DNA of 64,000 nucleotides from the human T2T-CHM13v2.0 reference genome, Homo sapiens. A program made the translations under genes and the position numbers. A model generated the notes under the pieces. It was given only the letters and a program-made list of their open reading frames with translations, was not told where the DNA came from and ran no database searches. The stretch is from the NCBI RefSeq assembly GCF_009914755.1, contig NC_060932.1. One strand, 5' to 3'. Positions 25,423 to 39,335 of the stretch are shown here, in pieces (position 1 is the first letter of the stretch; every line of letters starts with the position of its first letter).

Positions 25423-27372
25423 CCTTTGCTCCTTTAAAAGATTAATTTACTAAATTTGTGGGAGTCTATTCCTGGGCTCTGTATTCTGTTGCATTAATCT
25501 ACTTGTCTTTTCTTTTGCCAATAGTATTCAATCTTGATTATTGCAGCTTTATTGTAAATAATTATTGGAATCGAATAATGTAAGTCTTCCAGCTTTATTC
25601 TTATTTAGTATTGTGTTGCTAGTCTAGATCATCTGCCTTCCATAAAAATTTTAGGACATTTTGTTGATATTTTGAAAATAGTTTTTTGAAAAGATCAAAA
25701 TCTGAGATTTTGGTTGTGATTGTGTTGAATCTACAGATCAAGTTAGGAACAGTTGGCATTTTAACAGTATTAAATTTTCCAAGCTATAATCTGTATAACA
25801 TTTATGTATCTATATATTGGGTAGAAAATGAAACAAAATATAAACAATCTCAATATAGTAGTACTTGGACTACTTGAGTATGGGGCCCGGGGCAAAGGGA
25901 GAGACACACAGTAGTAAAAACTTTCAGATGCTAAAGTGACATAGCAGAATAATGACATTTTCTAGATGATTTTATATTCACAGCTATAATTTCCAGTTCA
26001 TTAAACATATTTTTTTAAAAAGGGAATGCTTTATATCCACTTTATTTTCTCAACTTGCTTTGATATGCCATTCTGCATATTACTATTACAAAACAGATAC
26101 CTAAATTGTAGGTTGACTCCTTAAATGAGAAATCATTTTTTTCCCTTCTCCTCTTTGACTATAAGCTCAAACATTCTAAAACTGCTTCTAATGTCCAGAA
26201 ATCCATCTTATCAATATAAGTTCAGGAAACAAAAATAACGAATTCTATTTATTTAGTGCATGCTAAAGTCTTTATAAATGCATAATATTTGGTATCTCAA
26301 TTACAATCTCATAATTAACAGGCAACAGGCACAAAGGGACAGTACAGAAAAATTAAGTCTTTGAAATTGTATTTAAAATTTCTTTATCTCTTTTTAAAAT
26401 TTATTCTTACTTGTGTCATTACTTTACAAACCATAATGTTTGTTTACAAACCATAATGGTGAGCCCAAATTGCTGAAAATCTTTGAAAATAAGAATTTGT
26501 TTTTTATGTTTAACTTTTAAAGAATTAGAATTCCAGAAAATACAACAAAATTGATATCTTGGACCATCAAATATTTTTACAAGTAAATTTCAAAGTTTAA
26601 GTGGAATAATAAATGAAGTCCACATTTCCATAATACTGTGATGTTTCACAAGATCCAGTTGACAAAGGCACTAGTAAGTTTGTTTCATATTTATGTTCAT
26701 GTTTTAATACATTTTCATATCTCCCAATGCCTTTGTGTATAATTTTGTCATTTTAGACTCATCTCCAAAGGCTTTAATATTAATGTGAAATATAAAGTAT
26801 TCAGTAAACAATTTTTATAGAAAAATCAATGGCAAATCTTTAACATTTTGCATGAATTAACACATGCCTTTGCTGCACGCTTGATTTTACATTTTTGTAA
26901 AGGCCAATTGCTTGACTTCAGTCAGAGAGGGAGCAAAGAGTAACTTTATTTGGGTAAACTGGGACAAATAAAATGATGTTGCTAAGTTTCTAAGAGTCAT
27001 TGGTCTTCTTGTTTTGCTCTGGGTGTGGGCAGGGTTTTTGCATAGAGTTTACCATAGGTGCACATTGACAAAAACCTCCCCAGGATTAGCTGTTTAGGAT
27101 TTGCTACCTGCCTGGTGGTTTGTAATATCAAAGTTTTTATTTTGCTTGTAAACTAGACTCTGTATTCATGCAGGAGACTTACTATATCAAAGAATATTTG
27201 CGGGCATCACTTCTATTAAATGCCTCATCTCCTAGAGTAGGAAACATCATTGAACCACATTAGAAAAAGTCTCAGCTCACCGCCTCTTTCAAGTACTCAT
27301 CATTTATAGTGAGTCTGCCTTCTCTCTCATTTCACTCTTGAGCTCTTTTCTTCACCTGAAAACCAGGGTGCT

Positions 27373-27728
27373 ATCTTAGACCACCCAGGCTGCTATAACA
27401 GAATACCATAGACTGGGTGGCTTATAAAAACATAAACTTATTCTTACAGTTCTTGAGGCTGGCCAAAATCAAAGCTCTGGTAGATTGAGTGTCTGGTTCT
27501 GGTTCTGAGAGCTTCCTGTTCATAGATAGCAATGTCCTCAATGTGTCCCCACATGGCAAGTTCTCTCTGAACTCTTACAAAGACACTAATCTCATTCACG
27601 AGGGCACCACTCTCATGACCTCATCTACCCCAGTTATGTCCCAACAAGCCCTACCTCCTAATACCATTACATGAAGGGGATACAATTTCAACATAGGAAT
27701 TAGAGGGGGGGAAATTCATTACATAACA
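27373..27728 (-). mobile_element. MLT1A-type MaLR LTR
   Basis: ggctgctataacagaataccatagactgggtggcttata...ctcatgacctcatcta...tttcaacatagga. Confidence 0.8.
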
Positions 27729-28005
27729 GCAGCAGTGCTTTTTTTTTTTTTTCCACTTCCCACTTGGCTTATCTTTTTTCCCCCGCTGAGGCATTTCACC
27801 CAGGCTTGAACCATCTTATATTGAAAGGGGATACCTACACTGACCCTACTCAGCTTAGAAATAGTAGCTTTAAGACATGATTTTTTAAATCTATAAAAAC
27901 AGAAAATATACATTTTTCTTTTCAACTTAGTGAGGATTTGCATGTCTGGCCAACCTCCCACTCCCTATCCTTGCCACCCACTTTAAATTTCTAGAGAAAT
28001 CATTT

Positions 28006-28081
<76 letters not shown>

Positions 28082-28194
28082 TTTCTTTCTTTTTCTTTCT
28101 TTCTTTTTCTTTCTTTTTTCTTCTTTCTTTCTTTCTTTTTCCTTCTTTCTTTTTTTCTATCATCTTTCTTTCTCTCTTTCTTTTCTTTTTTTTT
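28006..28194. repeat. (TTTC)n polypyrimidine microsatellite derived from an Alu tail
   Basis: A long pure TTTC run, then degenerate; lies inside the Alu TSDs. Confidence 0.95.
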
Positions 28195-28478
28195 GAGAGA
28201 GAGTCTCAATTTATCACCCACACTGGAGTGCAGTGGTGCTATCATGGTTCACTGCAGCCTTGACCTCCCAAGCTCAAGCCCTCCTTCTGCCTCAGCCTCA
28301 CAAGTAGCTGGGACCACAGGTGCACACCCCTATACCCAACTATTTTTTTCTTCTAATTTTTGTGCGGCAGGGTCTTTCTGTGTTGCTCAGGCTAGTCTTG
28401 AACTCCTGGGCTCAAGGATCCTCCAGCCTCAGCATCCCAAAGTGCTGGGATTACAGGTCTGACCCACTGTACTTGGCC
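28195..28478 (-). mobile_element. AluJ
   Basis: TSD CTAGAGAA(A/G)TCATTT at 27991-28005 / 28479-28493. Confidence 0.9.
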
Positions 28479-30317
28479 CTAGAGAAGTCATTTCTGCCTC
28501 ATGAAAATTATAACAGAAGTAGAAACCAACATGGTCTACAAGACCACATTAATTGAATATACTGGGAACCTTGGAAGGATCAAAGTTTGCCAGTTTGTAT
28601 TTATTAAATAGACATTTTAGTTGATACATCCCTGGTTTTTTCTTTTTTAATTATGTAGACATGCTTTTGCTCAATGATTGTGGGCCTTAAAATAATGTCA
28701 TTCAGTGAGCAGGGTGCAGAGATCCTAATGGTCCTCTAATGTGTGGAATCGTGTAGTAATAAAATGTGCTAGCCAGAATAACCGCAATGCTACAGTTGAA
28801 GAACACTTCATTCCTGCCCAGATCCCATATATAGATCCATCATATTTTAATAAGAAGTTTCAAAAAGGAATTGCTTTTTTGCCTATTCTTACCAATTAAC
28901 ATTTTCTGTCTCAATTAAATACTTTTACATTTGCACTTGGAGGGTACCTGTTCTAATTAGAAAATTATTTCTGACACCCAGTCTTCTGAATACCGTTATT
29001 TGTAACCCAATTAGCTTGCACAAATCACAGTGTTCCAAGGTCACTGGTCTCATTTCAGCCTGCCATGTAAAAGCAGCAAGAATAGCTCACACATCTTAAA
29101 ACAGCTTTACTCACAATTAAAAATAATACCAGGACATTAACTCATTTTATGTTCTTCCTGTGAGCTGACCCACCCACAACTTTTTTTTCTTACAGCTGGA
29201 ATTGCATCAGTGTAAGGTAAAGCGCTTCTCAGTTTCTTTAAAAATTTGTTTTCCACATCTAATACCTCAGCAGTTTGCAAGTGTATGCCTAGAAAGTTGC
29301 TGCCTGCCATGCTGAGCTCAAAGTGTCCCCAGGACTTCTGCGACTCACAGCACCAACATTGTAGCTGTGTCTGTTCCAGCCCCTGGGACTACAGTTTTAG
29401 TATCTGCTTCCTCGCCAGCCAGACACCTGATCTGGCATTTTCCTGTTTCTTTCTCTTTTAACAAGCCTCAGGTGCCACTTCTATGGAGCCAATAGAAGCC
29501 ACAGGAAAATTATACATTTTGCTTACTTCAGCTTCTAAGTTGTTTTTTTTTCTTTTTTTTTTTTTGTTTGTTTTGTTTTTTTTTTTACCAGTAGTTTAAA
29601 GAGCCAAAGAGCCTGGAGTCAAGAAGGAAGAGAAAAAACTTTTGCAACTGTTCTTTCTAGTTCCCCAGCTATACAAGTTTTGTTGTCTGGTACCAAGAAT
29701 GGTTTAAAATATCATCCTATTTTATCTGGGATCATATCTTTCCAGTTTCTGCATTTGTCTTTAAGACAATAGAGTTCAACGTTTTGTATCATATTTACTT
29801 TAGGCATCAAACTTCAGGGTTTCTATTAGGAGGATGGTGCCAGAAATATGACCGTGCACTAAGTCAAATGACAGAGATCCTTAAAAAGACAAAACTGCTA
29901 CACAAAGTCAGAAAAACAATACTAATCTCAGTCATAAGGGCAAGTCTTTATGGTTTTAAAATCTCTGCAAACATACCCAGTGCCGCCCCTGAAGACAGTG
30001 AATAGCCCATTACTCCTTTGCAGAACAATTCTTTGCCATTTTTTTTTTAAATTCAGGTGGAGCGTGTTTCTAGATTCTAGTGATATCTCTGCTTTCCAAC
30101 AAAAAGCATACAACTTCTAATAGCTCAAGTACTTTTTTTAGTGTTTATTGTGGGACTAGGTAAATGAAAGGTCTATTTCCCAGGTGTATCATCCTCCTTG
30201 TTATCCCAGGTTTTAGGCTTCCTTGAAGTCTGTTCTTGAACATAATTGATTTTAATTTCTAACTACCACTGAAAATAAATTTTGACCATAATTATATTCG
30301 TGATATTATTGATTGCT

Positions 30318-30953
30318 ATATTAGCATTCTCCAGAGAAACAGAAGCAATATGGATATAATATATACATATGTATATGAATATATAAATATATAGTTTTAT
30401 TTCTGACACTATCCTCATACACATATATAAATATATGTATATAGAGGAAATATATTTATATGAGGGGAAAATATCATAGACTCAGTCAAATGACAGGCAT
30501 TTTCATATCCACAAAATTGCTATACACAGTCAGGAAAGCAATAGTAGTGTCAGTATGTATGATAATTAGTTCGCATGATTATGGAGGCTGAGAAGTCCTA
30601 CCATCTGCTGTTTATAAGCTGGAGAACCAGAAAAGCCAATGGTATAATTCACTTTGAGTCAGAAGGACTGGGAATCAGAAACTCCTATCTGTGCCCAAGG
30701 TGAGGAGAAGATGAGTGTCTCACATTAAAAAGAGATAATCCGCCCTTCTCTGCCTTTTTGTTGTATTTAGGCCCTCACTGGACTGGATGATGCCTGTCCC
30801 CATTGGTAAGGGTGGGTCTTCTTTACTCAGCTTATTCATTCAGATGTTCATCTCTTCCTGAAATAATCTCACAGATATACTGAGAAATAATGTTTTACCA
30901 GCTATCTGGGTGAGCTTTAGCCCAATGAAGTTGATACATAAAATTAACCATTG
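30318..30953 (-). mobile_element. MLT2-type ERVL LTR with internal AT microsatellite
   Basis: ttctccagagaaacagaa...(AT)n...gattatggaggctgagaagtcc...ttgatacataaaattaacca. Confidence 0.85.
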
Positions 30954-31959
30954 TATTTGCCTTTGAAAGAATGTTACCAAAATAAAAATGATTTTTGCTA
31001 AGAAATACAGGACCTAAATGTTACAAATTACACTATTTCACCAATTGTAAATGCATACTGGAGATTATGCTCTTTAAAATTGGATATTCCACAAAAACCT
31101 CTTGAGAGATTTCTTTCTAATCAAGTTAGACAATTGGTAATGTGCACTTTGAACAAGCCTCAAACAAAATGGATCTCGGAGAAAAATGACATTTGTAATA
31201 TATTCTATGGTTCGAAACTTTAAGCTTTCAAGGAACTGCAATTCAAGTGCTAGTTTTGATTCAAGTGGTCTTCTTAATGAAAATTCTAGCTATATCTGCA
31301 GGTATCTGTAAAGATACACCTTTTCTTTTCTTCCTTTCTTTCTTGTTTTTTTTGAAAGTTGAGGCATTCTTTCCAGTTGAATAACAATGTTGCTAGCACT
31401 TAATCTTCCTGTAGAAATGTCAACCCTATCAACTGTTGATCTATTGACCTTAGTCTTATCTTTCTATAGTCATCTGTATAGAATAGCTCCATGCCAAAAT
31501 TATGGCTTCAAACTGTCTGTTATCTGCTCCCTAGCTTAGAATGCAAGACTTCTACTCTTCTTTCTTGTATCAAATTAGATCACAAAGTTGTTCATTTGGA
31601 ACACATTACTTAGATTCTCTACGAAGTACTTCATTTATTTTTATTCATTCTTATGCTTTCATTTCAATAATTATTATAGAAATAGTCAAATGGAAATTCA
31701 TTATACATTTGTCATAAAATTTATCTCATAGACTCTAGTGGAGCTTAAAGTTATTCATTAAAATTTTTCTGCTTAAAATTCTCTTAGAATTTGGAAACAG
31801 AAAAATCTCTCTTAATACTTGCATTCTCAATATTCATAATGAAACTAATACATTTTCTATGTCTTTTTATTTTTCTAAATTTCAAGAAATGTAATTTCCT
31901 TTTGAATGAGTAGACTCCTAAAGTGTTTGATAAACTCTTATTCTGGGTTTCACAGATAT

Positions 31960-32416
31960 TTATTTCTGTGTAACAATTACCCCAAATAACAAGCATTTTC
32001 TTTGCTTATAATTTTGTTGGTTGACTGGGTGGTTCTATTGGCGTTGCCTAGGCTTAGTCATGCCAATATGTTCAGTTAGGAGTTAGGCTTGGCTGAAAGC
32101 TTTTAAAAGGACTCTTTCACATTTCAGGGTGCCTAAGTGATTTTTCATATGACATCTCTTTCTGTGGGCATCTTTCCAGCAAAGCAAAGTCAGGCATCTT
32201 GAAGAGGAAAGGTAAATCCTATCATGCCTCTTAATGCTCATACTTAAAAATGAAAATGAAACAGCATTATTTCTACTGACTGCCATTGATGCCAACAAAG
32301 TTTAAGTCTACCCCAAAGACAAGAGAAAAAGGAAGTGAACTCTTTCTTGATGGATGGTGCAGCACACAGTTACAGATAGAGAAGGACTTGATGGTAGTCA
32401 TCTCTGGAGACTATTA
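31960..32416 (-). mobile_element. Old MLT1-type LTR
   Basis: ttatttctgtgtaacaattaccccaaa...gactgggtggttct...; degenerate. Confidence 0.5.
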
Positions 32417-32588
32417 TTAAGAGGCAGTTGAGAGTTGATTGTATAGTAGATTAGTGGATTTTTTTTGGACTAATGGAATACTAAAGTTTGTGATGAATTC
32501 TTAGTCAGACAATTGATATGTTATGAAACAGATCAGGGACTGAGGGGAAAATAGTATAGTATTAAGCAATTCATTAATCCATTTCTTT

Positions 32589-33210
32589 TGAGAAGGAGAA
32601 AGGCAGCCCCTGCCATTTAAAAGCTGACCTTATATGATAAGGCAGACCTTAGTGTTGCTAGGACTGGACTGGCACTCATGGCTAGGTCTTGGTAATCTCC
32701 TGTGAAATCTAAAACATTTTTACAGAATATTATGATCAGACAAGGTCACTCCATGACTCTGATGGATTAAAAAAATACTACTCTGTAATTATGTCTGAAT
32801 AGAGGCAAAAACATGAATAGTGCCCAAATAAAACAAAATGGCCATACATCTTCCTAATGTGACTGGTGTAAATCACTGCAGCTGCTCTACTGTTACAGCT
32901 TTGGCCTTTGCTGAGTCTTGCCTTCTCCTAGATGAGATGTATTAAGAAAGAATCATAAAGTTGACCCTATTTCCTGATCGCATCTAATTCAGAGCAAAGC
33001 CTTGCTTCTTTAGACAACACAGAAAGAGATGTTAAGTATCCAAAGATACTTAACACGAGCCAAAATCTTATAAAAAGTTTTTCTGACACTCTCATACAGA
33101 GATGCTCAGTGGTTCCCCATGAGGTGTGTTCTCTCTCACCGCAATGAGTCATAAACTCAACTTGATTAATGACAGGTGTTTTCCTGGTGGTCTTTGGCTG
33201 GAAGGCACTG
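32589..33210 (+). mobile_element. ERV1 solo LTR (MER67-like)
   Basis: tcagacaaggtcactc...tgtctga..., polyA-like ATAAA, and the end ttcctggtggtctttggctggaaggcactg. Family assignment tentative. Confidence 0.55.
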
Positions 33211-33764
33211 GGATTTATTCAACAAGAACAGAAGATCAGAAACACTGATCATGCATCTGGGCAATGCTAAGCATTAAAGATCCTGTAAAAAGACAGTCTC
33301 TGTTCTCAAGAAGCTTACAGTTGCATGGAGTAGAGACCAACAAGCAAATGAATAAGTTCATTACAGTATGATACAAGCATTGATTAAGGCATTTAGGAAA
33401 AGCTTCTAATATTCTATCAAATGTGACTAAGAAATTTACATGGTTAAACAAAAATACTGAAGTATTAAATCCAGGTTTTAAATATGCCAATTGATTTCCT
33501 CTACCATCAGCATCCTCACAGATGCAATCTGAGGGTTCCAAGAGAGTAAGCGGTGAATAGTGGTGTGGGGATGACTCATACCTATTTCTCTTCTTAAAGA
33601 TACATCTGTCTGGCACATTGTATCTGATGGTTTTATTCTCTCATAATGAGGATTTATGTTATCAAGTGTTGTTTATTTTGTTCTCCTTGGGTAGGTTTAA
33701 TAATAAAATAGTTTGTCTTACTCAATGTTTGTGTCTAGCTTATTCTGTTGATAGCATCTCCTGA

Positions 33765-34160
<396 letters not shown>

Positions 34161-34894
34161 TTAGTCCAAGGATTTTGTTTTTGTTCTTTTCGTCATAGGA
34201 TTGAGTCTTAAATTTTTTCTTTTAAAATAGATGCTGGTTTGTACTGATTGATTTTTATTGCTGATGTTAGCATTCAAAATATTTTAAAAAAATCAATTTT
34301 TATTAACTTTCAAAACAGTGCTCCTTTTCCCAAAACTTGTATTGAAATATTTTAAACCTGGATTTTATGGAGTGTATGTTTGTGCGTGTATGTGTGTGTG
34401 CTTGTGTGTGTGTCCAATGGTAAATGATACCTGGCATTTACTTCTTTCAAACTTATTTCTGAAATAATTTTGACTTTAAAATTTTCTTAAGAAAATGGTG
34501 AGAAGAAAATTCAGTATAGTTCAAAGCATTTTATTCACACATATTAAAGTTTCACAAATTCTACTAATCTCAGGTAATCATTCACTGAAATACAAATTTG
34601 CATTAATAAGGAAATTTTACATTTCAACTTCTTCCCTTTTTAATACTGTTTTCTATTAACCAAAAAACTAAATATGCCAAATAATAAGTCTGTAGGCAGG
34701 TATACATGGATGCACATATGTTCTGTGTGAAAAGAATAGAAATGAATACCCTTTTAGAATAGTAGGTAAGATCCTGAAATATTTTTCTTCTTTAAAAATA
34801 AAAATTAAAAGTTTGATAATTGGAAAATAACTTAGAAATAAGCTTATCCCATGTAAATATTTTATGGATTAGGTAATAAATTAAGTTTGATGGT

Positions 34895-36010
34895 TGATGA
34901 ATCAATTAATTCCTTCACTGATTTACTCACTATTCGTTAGAGTCAACTATGTGCCATACATAGTTGTAAGTGAATTAGACAAGACATGTTGCCTTCAAGG
35001 ACTTTCTTCAAAATCCAACAGAAAATTTATTATCTACTGTAGTAGTAACATACAATAAGTTTTACGTGTCACATACGAAATATTGCATGTAACATATTGT
35101 GAATTACATACAATAAATTGTGACAACTATTACACTGCATTGTGTAAGTCCTATGTGGAGGTATACATGGGTGCTAAGACTATGTAATATACAGGAGGGG
35201 TTTGGGAAAAGGGAAGGACAAGAAAGAACTAGTTATATATCAAAGAGAGTGAAGGCACTTCAGGCACAGTAAACAACATATGGAAGATTATGAAGGTGAA
35301 AAAAAGAAGGACACATTTCAGAAGATTTAAGCAGTTGAGTATGACTATAGCATAGAGAACATGAGGTAGGAAAGACTTTAATAACCAAATCATGAGAAGA
35401 CTTTTATTTCAAACTAAGCTTATCCTTAAACAAGGAGAGTCACTAAAGCCTTTCAATTAAGAAAGCAACATAATTAGATCTGGACTTTAAAATTTTTATT
35501 TATGCTGTAGGGTGAAGGCTTCTATAATAAGGATAAAGAGGCCTAGTTCGGTAGCCGTAATAATATAGCAAAGAAACAAAGTAGGTCTGAAACAAGGACA
35601 GGTAAATATAAATGGAGAGAAAATATGATGATGTATTTAGAGGAAAGTTGATTGGACTTGAAGATCATCTGGACAGAGTGGCTAAAAAAGAGGAAGTTTC
35701 TCACTTATTTTGGCTTAAGCTATGAGATGGATGATGATATGATTCATAAGACAAGAAATCAAGATTGGGAAGATACATAGTAAAAATTATATATAATTCA
35801 ATATATATATTTCAATATATATAAATATATATATAAATTATATATAAAAATTATATATAATTCAATATATATTACATATTACAATATATTTCTATATATA
35901 TATATTGAAAAAGTCAATTTGGACACATTGAGTTTATATGACTATGAAGTGGCCCATAGTGAAGATCTAGTACGCAGTTAGAAATATTCACCTGAACCTC
36001 AGTAAGTCTT
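34895..36010 (-). mobile_element. L2 fragment with AT-rich low-complexity insert (35785-35908)
   Basis: caactatgtgcca...; tttggacacattgagttt...; purine-rich L2-like composition. Confidence 0.65.
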
Positions 36011-36284
36011 GTGTTAGACTTATAACTCAGCCAAGGATAAGCAGTTGAGAGTGAATTCAGCATTACATTTCTCAACCATCATTCTCTGACTTCTCTTCTA
36101 AACAGAATGATTTGATTTCATTTGTGTTTTTATTCTTTATAGCAATAGTCATTGTGCTATTCACATGTTCATACACTTGCATTAAATTGGTAGGTTGTTT
36201 TGTTTTTTAATCACAGAAACATTTTGCTTAATGGGGTTAGAGACTCTATAAATAGTGGACCATAAATATATATTAAATTTTCTC

Positions 36285-36700
36285 TGTCCCTCCTTCTTCC
36301 CTTCCTGCCTCTCTTCCTTCCTTCCTTCTTTTCTTTCCTTAATTCCTTTTCTTCATTCTTTCCATACTTCATCCTTATTTTTCTCCTTTCCTACATTCCT
36401 TTTTCCTTCCTTCCTTCTCTCCTTCCTTCATTATGCTTTTTGCAGGTATCTACTACAAGATAGTGTTAGTTACATAGTGGTCAAGATCATGGATTTAGTT
36501 CTTTTGTCTTATGGAGATTTTTCTCTAGTAAAGGAAAGAGGAAATAAGCCAGTGATTTAAAAATACATATTTATTCTTAATTGTTATAAGTTCTGTGATG
36601 GTAAACATGTTTCATGTAGTGTTCATTGCTATATATCAAGACTTCCATTCAAGACTTCCTGGTACTTGGTAAATACTTAATAAATATATATTAAATGAAG
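36285..36700. repeat. CT-rich simple repeat with adjacent L2 fragments
   Basis: (CCTT)n-like tract at 36285-36430; an L2 3'-end motif (aatacttaataaatata...aaatgaa) near 36670-36700. Confidence 0.6.
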
Positions 36701-38019
36701 AAAAACTAAGCTTAGTGTGAGATGAATGACTAATATGTAAATAACTAGAACACAGATATGACTCTTAGCTCAGTGAAGTTCTAATTATAGCTTGAATTAT
36801 ATAGAAAGAAAACACATTATTTGCTTTTTACTATTAAATCAAGGTTACATTTAAAAGTTATATCAATGCTGTGAATGTAGTAATTCATTGAAATTGCTGT
36901 TACAATTTCAGACCAAATTTTGCTTTTTGTGTGGTATCTACTGATTTCTAAAATAGCCCACACAAGTAATTCCCTCTCATTTTCACTGATTTACTTTCTT
37001 TATGGTACTTCTAACTAATTGAATTGGTCTTAATCATTAATTTACTTCTCTATTTTATTTTTTTTGCAATTAGAAGGTAAACTTCAGAAAAGCAGGAAAT
37101 TTATATGTCTTCTAACCTTAGATTGCTGGTTTCTAGAATTCTAAATCAATTATAGTTGAATGAATACATAGGTGATTATGAAACATAATTTAAAATTCTC
37201 TATAAATTATAAATGTTTTAGGGATTTTTTTAAATGGCAACAACAAGAAACCCATATCTATACTTCATTGTTTTATTATGAGAGAGCTTTGTGTGGTTTT
37301 CAAATCATTATTTTTGACAAGGAAGTAGACTTATATCTTGTTGACAGCCTTCTGGTGTTGTAGTGTTAGACTGGCAGATGCAGGGATAAACTTTAAATCC
37401 CTTTATAGACACTTTTACTTGTACATAAATATTTAATTTTGTCAAGGTCTCACTTTGATATCTGACTGAATAGCGTAGGTGCAGTTTTTGTTTTAAATCT
37501 CGAATCAATATTTAATGTTCCTCAGGCAATATTTCTTTATAATAAACATATATTCATGATCCAGCTCTTTTCCTTGCTTTATTCTTCTTAAAACATCACA
37601 TCTAGATCTTGCGGTTTTATTTTCACAATGGAATGTTTTCAATATTTTTTTTCCCAAACTTTTTTCTTAGCAAAATGGTTTATCAAAAGACCTTCACTCA
37701 GAACTCTCTGGGACCTCCCTGGGTATCAAGTCATGTATTTAGCTCCATTTCTAATATACTTGATTTAATTTAAAAAAAAAACAGGTTTAAAAAGTCCCAT
37801 GGCCAGATGTAAATTTGGAATCTGTGGGCACTTTTTGCTTTTGTGAGTTTTTAGACTTTTTTTTTTTTTAACTCATGGTAACATAGTTAACTGCTTTTCA
37901 TATTGGTTTATAATCTATCTATAAAGATTACTGATTATGTTTTTTTTTTGCAATCATTGAATGTTAAAAAAAATTATAAGAAGCTCTTAGTAGTATGATT
38001 AGTGTCTGCCTGTTCTGCT

Positions 38020-38600
38020 TGGGTCAGCTCTGAGAGCTTGGGGCTCTTGTGTAAATTAGAAAGGCCAGCCAAAGGTCTGGAAAAAATTGCAAAGTTTATT
38101 TTATTGTCATGGGTTTAATCATTTTTGAATATTATATTGTTTTCTTCTTTAATAATTAATTCTAAATTTTCTCATTTCCCAATTCACTAATAAAAATTTT
38201 GCAAATTACTTTGGGCTATTCATTTTATGTCTTCAAGCTAATGTAATTCTTCCATAGAATATTTTTCAGAGAAATAATTTCTAACAGCTACTAACGGAAG
38301 TCATACTCATTGACAGCCAATTTTCATGAATGAATTCCAGTGGCAAATTGAAAGCATGAGATCACAATTTCTTTGTGTGTTTTTGTGTGTATCATTTCAG
38401 ATCATGGAATGTGTTGACAAATATCTCCATGGCCTTCCTGTGATTTTCTAGATCGGGTTTTTACTGACGCTTTATGATGATTTCAGTTATTGAATATGGA
38501 AAAACAGAAATTCATTTAATATCCACTTATATTAAATGGCAGATTGTTGGACTGTACAAGAAATGAATAAAACTGGGGCAGCCCGTATATCCTCTTTCAC
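38020..38600 (-). mobile_element. Possible ancient hAT DNA-transposon relic
   Basis: Weak resemblance of minus-strand 38200-38330 to a hAT transposase C-terminal region. No TIR confirmed. Confidence 0.3.
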
Positions 38601-39293
38601 ATCTTTGCTCTCCTTTTAAGCATTTTGGCAACATGACACCAATCCCTCTAGTAAATCTTCTAACAATTTACTGGCTAGGAAAAATCAGGCCACATTCAAC
38701 TGATAAATAAGGGAATACCAACTATCACAAGCTTAAAGGTTAGACAGACTTGGGAGTGAAGTCTTCTCAGGCAGAGACAGTTGTTGGAACTTGGGTGATT
38801 TGTTTAACTTCTTTGTTAAGATAATCTCTATGAGCTGGGGAAGCTGGAGAAAACAGTGGAAACTTGACAGCATATTCCATTTCTCCTTGACCCATCATTA
38901 AGAGTGATCAAATTAAGCAATTATTTTTGTGTGAGTTTTGGTAAAATAGAAAAAATAGCACATTAACAAATTAATCTCCTGCACTCCTATTATTTCATCC
39001 TGGTTCCCAGGGCACAGTATTATTGTAGAATGCCTGGCTAGTGATGGATATGGTGGTGATGGAGGGTGATACTTCTGAGAACAGGGCTTGGCTGTTGCCA
39101 AGTCCCCACTTTACTTAGTTGCTTCTAGCAACCTAGATAGTCAAATGTGTTCATTCTCACAGAATCATCTTATCAAACAGGTTGACTATTTTGACAACTG
39201 CAGATTTCATTATTTTAAGTGTTTTCTGTTCAGTTGCAATATTAGAAATTGGACCTGCTTTTCAATGGTGCACCCTCAAAGTTTTTATGTCAG

Positions 39294-39335
39294 GTGCGTG
39301 TGTGTGTGTGTGTGTGTGTGTGTCTGTGTCTGTGT
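39294..39335. repeat. (TG)n microsatellite
   Basis: Visible directly. Confidence 0.95.

Noticed and set aside
27927-28245. K/E/R-rich ORFs
   Set aside because: These are translations of the (TTTC)n microsatellite.
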